From positions 2,418,001-2,482,000 of the forward strand of contig CAKKNE010000004.1 of assembly GCA_918797485.1 (NCBI GenBank): 64,000 bases of DNA, written 5' to 3'. The notes under the pieces are model-generated. The model ran no database searches. It had not been told where the DNA came from and saw only the letters and a list, made by a program, of their open reading frames with translations. The DNA comes from Pelagomonas calceolata (taxonomy: Eukaryota). Position 1 is the first letter of the stretch, and every line of letters begins with the position of its first letter. The translations under genes were made by a program, and so were the position numbers. Positions 43,903-52,600 of the stretch are shown here, piece by piece.

Positions 43903-46566
43903 TTACCTCGCTGGCGGCGAAGCTCGATGTTTCGCAAGTCGCTCATAGCGGTCCCTCAAGCCTTCGTCGAAGTCGCCGTCGAGGACCTCCTGCCATAGTT
44001 CCGGGTCATTCTCGACCGCGTCGGCGAATTCCTTGATTCCACCGAGCGTGTAGGGGACGATGCGTAGGAGGGTGTGGCCGGGCGTCCTCGGCTCAGGCGA
44101 GTTCGGAAAAACATTGCAGTGGAGACGCGTGGCGCTCGAGAAGATAGCAATGCACACGTGGTTTGGACACGCGGTCTGAATACGGATGCATCGACCTCCA
44201 GACTCGTCTTCGAAGATCATGAGATCATTCTTTTTGAGTGGCCGCCCTTTGACTCGCGCCGCGCCTTCCTCCTTCACGTACGCATAGATCAGGGGCGAGC
44301 CCCTAGGGTGACGTACGTCCCCGCTGTCGGCGTGCAGCCCGCAGGGCTGAAATGACCTCTCCTTCACATGACGGGAGCCAGCTTCCAGACCGAGAGGCTC
44401 GCCGGCCACGCGGACTACGACCTGGTTCACAGATAGGGAGTGCTTCGAGCGCGCGTCGTCGTCCGGGTGCTGCATGTCGTGGGTTGGGAACATGAGCGTG
44501 TCGTGCATGACCGGATGATTTGCGACCTGGGACATAGCCTCGAGTACGTCGGGAACCTCACGGTGTATAATCTCGGCGCACTGTCCGATTACCGGAGCCA
44601 CGGCCGCCATCACCGACTCCACGACTGGCTTGTGCGTGTCCGCGCGTATCCAGGGAACGACAACAGTGCCCGTTCCGGTGTTGATGGTGCGCGTGGGGTT
44701 CGGCCCCGTGGTACTTGAAACAAAGCTGCCTGCAACTCCGGCGGGCCAGTAAGAACCGCCCGTCTTCTGGTCATTCTTGAGCCCTTTCTGGCGCAGCGCC
44801 TCATCGACCTTTTTAAACGCCGTGTCAATTAAGGCCCGTAACTGCGACGAATCTACTGTTCTGCCGTCGGAGGGCGCGAAGATTACAGTGGCCATCTCGT
44901 CTCCAGATGCGGCGTAGGCGTGCACCGTCCGCTTCTTTCCACGGGCGGGCGGCTGGATCAGGAACGGTTCGAAAAGGGCGACATCCTTTTCTGTCAGGAC
45001 CTTGACCTGACTCTCGGGATAACCGTTATTCCCCGCCCTCGGGTCCGGGTGTCCGGTGAGGCCGGTGCCTTCGATTATGACACCGTTTCCGTCCCTTCTC
45101 ACGCCCGCGACTAAAACGCCCTCCTTATCATAGATCGAGGCATCCTTGAAACTCTTCGTCTCACCATACTCAAGCTGACTAGCATCCTGCGCCAGCTGAA
45201 AGTGGACCACGTCGCCGCCGTCCCGACGAATCACGACCTTTCGTCCCGCCGGTAAAACAGTCGCCACGGCGCCTTTTGGAAAATTGCCAGGCCACGTAGG
45301 TGGCCCGGACGTGTCGAGCGGTGCCGCGGCGTCGGTCATCACCACGTCTGACTCGATGACCCTGACACTGGCGAGTGGACGTTCGAGCCTGAGATGTTCA
45401 AAGGCCCGATAGCACGCACGGTGAAGATATAGCTTTCTCACACCATTGTCGATCATCCATTCGCCCGCCAGCTCTAGTTTCGCAGCCCGTCGCCGTTTTA
45501 GAGGGGTCAGGCTGTCCCACGCCGCCTCCGCTTTGGCGCACGTGCGCACAATGGTATCGATCGTAATGTGGCGTTCAGGTCTCAAAAGCCGTCGTCCTTC
45601 GATGGTTGCACAGCAAGCCGACGCCATTCTTCCGCAGGCGAGCCGCTTGACCGCGTCGGCGTTGGACGACGGTTTTGTGGGCCACTCGCCGCCTGTGCGG
45701 AAATCGACACCTGAGACGCATGCAATGCGCGGCGCCGACGCGGCGCTGCGGCGGCAGTGCTGTCTGAGTCGAGCGGTGACGTGCGCAGCGACGCCGTCGA
45801 GTCTACGGACGCGACGATTTTGACGAAGGCCACGGGAATTTGATGTCCGCGCAGTTTCACCACCGCAAGGGTTGTTCCGGCTTGGGCCGCCGCGCGGTGC
45901 GGCGTCCGTAGTTAACGAGTTCCGCCTGTTGGACACGTCGTCGTTACCAACCGTCTCAGGCTCCTCATCCCGAGGCGACCCTGGCGGCTCGTCTGCGGTG
46001 CCGAGGTACTTGTTGTTGAAGAAGCCCTCGTTCTTGACAATAAAATGAGCCCCGTCAGCGATAGCAGCTTGTATAACGTGCATGAGACGGCCAGACCCAG
46101 TGGTAAATAGACACAGAAAATTGCCGCGCGACGCATCTCCGAGGATGGTCGTCGCGCCAGTATCACTGAACACGACAACAGCGCGCTCGTCGAGCGCTTT
46201 GCCAATCCTTTCGAGTGCGTCTCCGTTGATGGGGACCGGGAGGCCCGCGGAGACGCCCGCCACGTCCCGCAAGGCTCCAGTGTTGGACGCAAGTGCTAGC
46301 CGTAGATTGGCATCGGGCGCTTTCTTCGCGAGCTCTTTGATGGCGTCGAAGACGCAATCATTACCCAGGCCTTCAATAGCACAAGTCAAGAAGGCCTCTG
46401 TGAGGGCGGGAAGTGGTCCCTCGCCGTCGTCTCTTGCGGTCTCAAGGGCGTAGATCTCGGCCGCGACCTCGGCGACCTCTTCACTGAAACAAGTAACGCC
46501 AAGACGCTCCAAAGAATTCAGAGACTGGTCTTGCAAAGGGAGGTGCATTGGGGGGCAACGCAGCAT
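43903..46566 (-). CDS. TET/JBP-like Fe(II) dioxygenase at the C-terminus of a large protein; in-frame introner intron 45693-45863
   Basis: GSYWPAG; CGLHADSGD (HxD 44326-44334); RLHCN (44119); LLRIVPY with Arg and Tyr on the last strand. Confidence 0.7.
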   Translation of the reverse strand: MLRCPPMHLPLQDQSLNSLERLGVTCFSEEVAEVAAEIYALETARDDGEGPLPALTEAFLTCAIEGLGNDCVFDAIKELAKKAPDANLRLALASNTGALRDVAGVSAGLPVPINGDALERIGKALDERAVVVFSDTGATTILGDASRGNFLCLFTTGSGRLMHVIQAAIADGAHFIVKNEGFFNNKYLGTADEPPGSPRDEEPETVGNDDVSNRRNSLTTDAAPRGGPSRNNPCGGETARTSNSRGLRQNRRVRRLDGVAAHVTARLRQHCRRSAASAPRIACVSGVDFRTGGEWPTKPSSNADAVKRLACGRMASACCATIEGRRLLRPERHITIDTIVRTCAKAEAAWDSLTPLKRRRAAKLELAGEWMIDNGVRKLYLHRACYRAFEHLRLERPLASVRVIESDVVMTDAAAPLDTSGPPTWPGNFPKGAVATVLPAGRKVVIRRDGGDVVHFQLAQDASQLEYGETKSFKDASIYDKEGVLVAGVRRDGNGVIIEGTGLTGHPDPRAGNNGYPESQVKVLTEKDVALFEPFLIQPPARGKKRTVHAYAASGDEMATVIFAPSDGRTVDSSQLRALIDTAFKKVDEALRQKGLKNDQKTGGSYWPAGVAGSFVSSTTGPNPTRTINTGTGTVVVPWIRADTHKPVVESVMAAVAPVIGQCAEIIHREVPDVLEAMSQVANHPVMHDTLMFPTHDMQHPDDDARSKHSLSVNQVVVRVAGEPLGLEAGSRHVKERSFQPCGLHADSGDVRHPRGSPLIYAYVKEEGAARVKGRPLKKNDLMIFEDESGGRCIRIQTACPNHVCIAIFSSATRLHCNVFPNSPEPRTPGHTLLRIVPYTLGGIKEFADAVENDPELWQEVLDGDFDEGLRDRYERLAKHRASPPAR
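45685..45863 (-). mobile_element. Older, diverged introner (45693-45854)
   Basis: TIRs ctgtgcggaaatcga / ttgatgtccgcgcag; flanks both encode GGE (degenerate TSD); 171-nt GT-AG intron. Confidence 0.75.
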
Positions 46567-48472
46567 CTACCACACGTGGGTCAAGCGGCCTCCTGTTATT
46601 TCTGTCATCAGCACCCCAACCTCTGACTGACGAGAGCATCTTCCCGGGTGGCTTGATCCCTTCCTTCTCGAGGGGCAGGTCGACGCCGGTGTCGGCGAGC
46701 CTGATCGCTTTCTCGAGGTAGCTAACGAGGTCTCGGGGCGTCGAGAAAGTTTTATGACGACCTGGGTCAGCCCTCTTCTTGTCCTTCCCCCAGAGCTTCC
46801 AGTAGTTCGGGAAGCCGTCCGGCACATGGATGGTGCAATGACTATTTGTCCATTCGAAGGTAGAACCGTAGAAGCCGTAGCCCTTCAGCAGGTCCTTGAG
46901 GTATTCGAGCGGATTGGCTATCTTCTTGCTCTGCGCCTCCTCCAACGCTCTAAGAATTGCTTTCGCCGGTAATTGCCAGGGCACAGCCGACGACAGCGCG
47001 TCGGCGCCGCGCGTCGGCGCCGCCAACTGCTCCTTCTCCTCCTCCTCCTCCTCGGAATCGGACTCTACCTCGTCCTCGTCCTGGTCCCGCGACCGCCCCC
47101 ACTGGTTCTCGTCGTCGTCGTCGTCGTCGTCGTCATTGTCGGTTCCTAGCACGCCGCGCATGTCGTTCAAGTCCGCCTCGGGCGCCGGCGTCGCCGCGCC
47201 GCCCGCCTCCCGGCGCTGCTCGTCCGCCTCGAGCGACTTCAGCGACGCCGCGAACGCCGCCTTGAGCTCCTCGTCATCAGCGGACGCGATGCGCCGCCGC
47301 GTCCTCGGCGGCCCCCGGCGGCGCGACGGCGGCTGCCGGGGGTCCGCCACGAGCGCCAGCTGCGACGCCGCGACTGCCGTCGCGCGGTCATCGTCATCAT
47401 CCTCGGACTCGATGCGCCGCACCCTCGACTCCCGCCGGGGCGGCGGCGACGCGGCGCACTCGCGCGGCCGCGCGACGCGCTCGCGCGGCGGCGCGGCGCG
47501 CTCGCGCGGCGGCGCGACGCGCCGCTGCTCGTCCGTCTTCCGCGCGGCGGACTTGGGCCGCGGCGGCGGCCAGATCCGCTTGTCGCCGTTCAGAATCGCG
47601 CGCAGCACGCGCTCCGGCACGTGCTCGCGGCACCAGTAGCACTTCCAGTCTCGTTCTTTGAGCTTCCCAAGGCACGACGCGCAGGCCTTGTTGCCGCAGC
47701 ACGTGACCGTCGCCAGCTTCACGCCGTCGTCGTAGCAAATGGTGCACTCGCCCGTCTCGTAGCAAATGGTGCACGCCGAGGACAGGGGCGGCGGCCGGTC
47801 CTCCTCATCCAACGACTGGCAAGCCGCCACGTCGGCCGGGCCCTCCATGTCCTCGTCCGAGGAGCGGCCCGCGCTTGAAGCCGGCGGCGGCGGCGGCGGC
47901 CGGAAGGGCGGCGGCGGCGGCGGCCGGAAGGGCGCCGGCCGCGGCGGCGGCGGCGCCGCGGGCTGCGGCGGGCCCTCGGTCATCGCGAGGTAGGCTTCTA
48001 AGGCTTCTAAGTCCCGCCCCGGGGCCCTCCTATGCTTCTTCTTCTTCTTCTTCTGCCGACCGCGCGGCGGCGTCTCCAACGTCCGTCGCCGGCGTGTGTC
48101 GTCGTCGTCGTCGTCCGGCGTCCGTCGCCTTCCCGACGACGGCGGCGGCGCGTCCTCGGGGTTTGTGCTGCTCAACGAGTCCATGATTTGTAGCAGGTGC
48201 GTATCCCGTCGGTCGAACATGTCTTTGCGTTCGCGCGCCTTTGTGCATGTCGCCAGATCTCCCATGAACATAGTCATGGCCCTTCTTTCCCTCACGTGCT
48301 CCCGATTCAAAGCCTCGGCCGCGGCGGCCCGCTCGCGCAGCCGGTCGTTGTCTTTTTTTAGGCTAGCATTCTCTTCCTCGACGATTGCCAGCCTGTCCGT
48401 CAATGTAATCTGACCGACGACGCTTAAAGGTACGGACTCCTCGCTGTTCGGCGGCGGCGCAGCGGCGCTCAT
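46481..48472 (-). CDS. Coiled coil, RING, UIM-like and MBD-like protein; probably exon 1 of the TET/JBP-like gene (tentative intron 46567-46627)
   Basis: CTIC...CCGNKACASC...CYWCR (RING); DEELKAAFAASL; VPDGFPNYWKLW...KTFSTPRDLVSYLE (MBD-like). A GT-AG intron gives an in-frame 1445-aa model. Confidence 0.65.
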   Translation of the reverse strand: MSAAAPPPNSEESVPLSVVGQITLTDRLAIVEEENASLKKDNDRLRERAAAAEALNREHVRERRAMTMFMGDLATCTKARERKDMFDRRDTHLLQIMDSLSSTNPEDAPPPSSGRRRTPDDDDDDTRRRRTLETPPRGRQKKKKKKHRRAPGRDLEALEAYLAMTEGPPQPAAPPPPRPAPFRPPPPPPFRPPPPPPASSAGRSSDEDMEGPADVAACQSLDEEDRPPPLSSACTICYETGECTICYDDGVKLATVTCCGNKACASCLGKLKERDWKCYWCREHVPERVLRAILNGDKRIWPPPRPKSAARKTDEQRRVAPPRERAAPPRERVARPRECAASPPPRRESRVRRIESEDDDDDRATAVAASQLALVADPRQPPSRRRGPPRTRRRIASADDEELKAAFAASLKSLEADEQRREAGGAATPAPEADLNDMRGVLGTDNDDDDDDDDENQWGRSRDQDEDEVESDSEEEEEEKEQLAAPTRGADALSSAVPWQLPAKAILRALEEAQSKKIANPLEYLKDLLKGYGFYGSTFEWTNSHCTIHVPDGFPNYWKLWGKDKKRADPGRHKTFSTPRDLVSYLEKAIRLADTGVDLPLEKEGIKPPGKMLSSVRGWGADDRNNRRPLDPRVVDAALPPNAPPFARPVSEFFGASWRYLFQ

Positions 48473-48922
48473 CGTGCGCTGGCCTCCTTCGATTGATGCA
48501 GTAGGCTTGTGCGCGCGGCCGCACGCAGTTGTGCTGTTTTCAACGGTCGATGTAGGTCAGTAAACGATGCTACAACTGTTGCCAAAACGTTTTGCGACGG
48601 AGCAATCGCCTATGCAGCTGCCACTCTCGCCCTTTCGGACGGGTTTTATCCGGATCTCCGCGAGGCCCTTGGAGAACTCTTTAGCGACGTTGTAGAGGTG
48701 CGAGAATGTGCTGCGAGGGTAAGTCTATTTTTGCTGGTCTCTCATCGCTGTGCTATGGCGACATTATCCTGCTTTTGTTGTAGGAAGCGAATTTGCCGCG
48801 CCGCAAAACGAGACTCACGATCGCTACGTACTTCGTGTCCTCCACTTTCGTCGTACCTGCGCGCGCCGCGACAACGCGCGCTCTAACGGTCATTTTTCAC
48901 AGTATCTTGCCACAGGCCAAAG

Positions 48923-49531
48923 ATGGCAGGTGTAGGTGGAGGTGGAGCCCCCCCCGCCCTGCTCCCGGGCATCGCGCAGCAGAAGAACGCGCTCCTCCAA
49001 AATTTTCTGCTCAGCGCGGCGAACCGCGCGCACCTCACGTCGACGGCGTTCGCGAACGCGACACCGGTCGACCAGCAATCCACGCTTGATGCTTTCGCCA
49101 ATCAGGTGGCGGCGGCGGCGGCGCCGGCGCCGGCGCCGGCTCCCGCTCTGACCGCCGCGGAGCTCCACCAGCAGCGTGTAGACAGGGCCCAAGCCGCGGC
49201 CAACGCTGCGCGGCAAGCCCTCGGTATGCCGCAGTGTCAAATGTTGTTATTTTCCTCGTTTCGCGTTTACTAATCATCCACACAGAGGAAAACAAGCAGA
49301 TCAACCGGATCCACCGCAGCGCGTACCACGATTAAACGGATATGCACGCGCGTCGCGGCCGCGCTCGGCGATGGTCGCGGCCGCGTCAGTCCCCCCCCTC
49401 CTAAGGCTTGTCCTTGAGTATGGCTTCGCTCCTAGAGTATCACGCCGGGCCACGGCATGTACCACATCAGGTTCTTCGACGGCAGCGAAGACGACTCTGT
49501 CTCTCCTCATCACGTCCGCCGCGCGCCGTGA
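48923..49531 (+). CDS. Small hypothetical gene or remnant, possibly spliced to a Tudor-like tail
   Basis: Ala-rich ORF, then gtatgc...cacacag intron; downstream MYHIRFFDGSEDDSVSPHHVRR. The simple splice hits a stop, so the model is unresolved. Confidence 0.35.
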
Positions 49532-49621
49532 CCATTGACCAACGCGGTGGCCCGGCGGGACTCATGGCCTCGTGTAACTAGGTGTTAGGCGCCAACCTAC
49601 TATGGGTGTGGGAGGTGAGGT

Positions 49622-52600
49622 TCAGCTCTCCTTCTTCGGCTCCTTCTCGTCGGGCGGAGGAGCGGACGGCTCGTACGCGGCCTGGCCGGGGGAATACGCT
49701 CCCGTGGAGGGCGTCGAGTCCGCCCCGAAGCTGCTCGGCGAGGATGACGCTTGCCCGGCGCCGTCGAAGCTCGTAGGTGAGTACTGCGTAGGGGGGCGCA
49801 GGGTTAGGTTTCGGAGCGCCGCGCGCGAGACGTCTCCCGAACAACAACTCGTAGCGCCGAGCGTACTGTCGCGAAGCGATCGGCAAACGATCGGCGAAGG
49901 AAAGCCATGTAGCGACGCTGCCACACGCCGCAGGCGAAGAAGGGCTGTAGGCCGGGCTCCTGTGTGGCAACGAAACGGTGATCGCGCGGCAAAGCATTGT
50001 CGTAGGTCGTCCTGGCGCAAAACACGGCGGGCCTCGGTCGTCGGATCCGAGGTCGGCTCCGAGGACCGCTAGAGGCGGTTCCGACGATCAGCAGTGGCCT
50101 TGGCGCAATGGCCGCGGCCGCCGCCTCGGCCATCGCCTCGGCCACTGGTTCCTCAGGCCACTTCGTAGGTCGTCTGGATTCATTATAAGACACCGAAACA
50201 CGTGCGTCGGAGAGTACTGTGTAGAAACAAGATGGGTGAGCTGTGGAACCGATAAAGAGGCGTAACGTCCCTTTTCGGGCTCGAACGAAGTGCTAAGTCT
50301 CACAACGAAGTCGAAGTGCTGTGTAGGGCGCTGGAAACGCACTGCGGGACTCGATGGACTGTAGGCGGGACTCGTAGGCCTGCGTGGAGAACGAACAGTC
50401 AGGGACCCGATCCGAGGCTCTTGGTTGATTCACGACGCCGCGGCGCACGAGTAGGCCGGTGATGTAGGCCTGCGGAGAGAACGAAAGGTTAGCGACCCGA
50501 CCCGAGGCGCTCGATTGAGGACCCGAGGCGCTTGATTGAGTTAGGACGCCGCGACGCACGAGTACGCGGGACTCGTAGGACCTGCGCGGAAACCGAACAA
50601 TCAGGGAATCGGCCCGAGGATATTGGTTGATTCCAGACGCCAGTGCGGCACTGTACGCGGGTGACGTAGGCCTACGTAGAAAAGAAACGGTCAGCACGAA
50701 CGAACGATAAACGTGATGAGAATCGCGAGTCCGGACGCCGGGACGCACGAGTACGCCGGTGACGTAGGCCTGCGTAGAAAAAAAACGGTGAGGGACCCGA
50801 TTCGAGGCGCTTGATTGAGTTAGGACGCCGCGACGCACGAGTACGCGGGACTCGTAGGACCTGCGCGGAAACCGAACAATCAGGGAATCGGCCCGAGGAT
50901 ATTGGTTGATTCCAGACGCCAGTGCGGCACTGTACGCGGGTGACGTAGGCCTACGTAGAAAAGAAACGGTCAGCACGAACGAACGATAAACGTGATGAGA
51001 ATCGCGAGTCCGGACGCCGGGACGCACGAGTACGCCGGCGATGTAGGCCTGGGTGGAAAAGGAACGGTCAGCAAAGCAACCAGGCTCCGTCCGGACGCCG
51101 TGACGCCACGAGTACGCGGGGCTTGTAGGACCTGCGAGGGATACGAACAATCAGGGAATCGGCCCGAGGTTGTTGGTTGATTCCAGACGCCCGGACGGCA
51201 CTGTAAGCGGGTGATGTAGGCCTGCGAGGGATACGAACGGTGAGGGACCCGACCCGCGGCTCGCATGACAGTCAGCACGTACGAACGATAAACGTGACGA
51301 GAATCGCGGACGCCGGAACGCACGAATAGGCCGGACTCGCAACCCCCCCGCCGTACACCGGCGACGCCACGCCGCCATACGCCGGCGACGCCCCGTAGAT
51401 GGGCGACGCGCCGTGCACCGGCGACAAGACGGAAGAAATTCCACCAACAGTAGGAGAAAACGCCGCGTCGCCCCAGCCCGGCGTCGCGCCGCCGCGCGCG
51501 GGAGACGCCCCGTACAAGCCGGCCGGAGACGACGCGTAGGGCGTCATCGCCGGCGCCTGGCCAGGCACCGCGTCGGGCGACGCGTCGCCCCACTCCCTCA
51601 GGGAAGCGTTCTGCTGCTGGTCCGGGGCTTCCAATTCCACGGCGTGTTCCAATTGCGCGGAATCCAGCAATAAGTCAGAAACACCAGTGCCCACATGTGC
51701 GAGCTGCCCGAGCATGATATTCGGCGTGACGCCGTCGACGTCGTCTTTTCTCGCGAAGATCGCGCTTTTGAACAAGACCTCGACGGTCTCCTCGAAGGAA
51801 GCCGACAGGAGCGGCCCCGAGTCGCCCCGGTTGATGCCGTGCCTTGAAATGGCCATCAAGCTACCTCGAAAGCACATCGTATCACAGAGCACCGCCAAAT
51901 GCCGATAGTTCACGTAGGCGCCGTCGAACGAAATGACCTCCCTTAACATCTGCAGCAGGGCCTGCCGCGTGCCCTCGATGCCCATGACCTGTGTTGAAAG
52001 ATCGTTCGCGACGGTAGCTCGAGGCGCTCTCGCATCCAGGGGCGCCGCGTCGACGGCGTACCGGGTGTAGGTCGCGTCGGCGGCGTGGGCGCGGCCGCGG
52101 GCTCTGCCGTAGGCCCAGCCGTCGGCGCGGCCGTGGGCTGGCCCGGCGGCTCGGCCGTGGGCTCCGCAGTAAGCGCGGCCGCGGGCTCGACAGCCGCAGG
52201 GCGAAGCAGAAGAAACGACATGGGACGCCGCAAGACGCACGCTACAAATCTCCACGATGTCGTTCGAGACCGTTCTCGTACAGTCGACGTCGGGATCCGC
52301 TAGGACCGTAGCTAGGTTCGTGCCGTCCGTCTCCAGCACCCATTCTTCCCCGTTGCCCAGCGCGCCCGTGGACGCCCAGATATTTGTTTTTTGTTTTTTG
52401 ATGTAGACCTTCGTCACTCTCGGGATGCCTCTTAGTCTCAAATCAGCCAACATCGACTGCTCGACCCTTCTGAGCAGTTGCCACTCATCGTCGTCGTCCT
52501 CGTCCTGCGGCTGATCTCCACCAGTACGTATACGAACTCTCAGTACCAATTGGTCGGCGTTATCATCAGCGTAAATACAGTGCAAGTCCGCCCCATATTC

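Noticed and set aside
34858..48472. Autonomous transposon or endogenous virus
   Set aside because: No transposase, integrase, capsid, terminal repeats or flanking TSD recognised; the genes carry host-type introns and a host promoter motif. Mobility remains a hypothesis only.
50343..51323. CRISPR-like array (short repeats with 60-100-nt spacers)
   Set aside because: The repeats encode CTD heptads with synonymous variation, the spacers are GT-AG introns that themselves repeat, the genome is eukaryotic and no cas genes are present.
50293..51593. ORF-track proteins 50293-51150 and 50970-51593
   Set aside because: They are read-throughs of RPB1 CTD introns and microexons, not separate genes.
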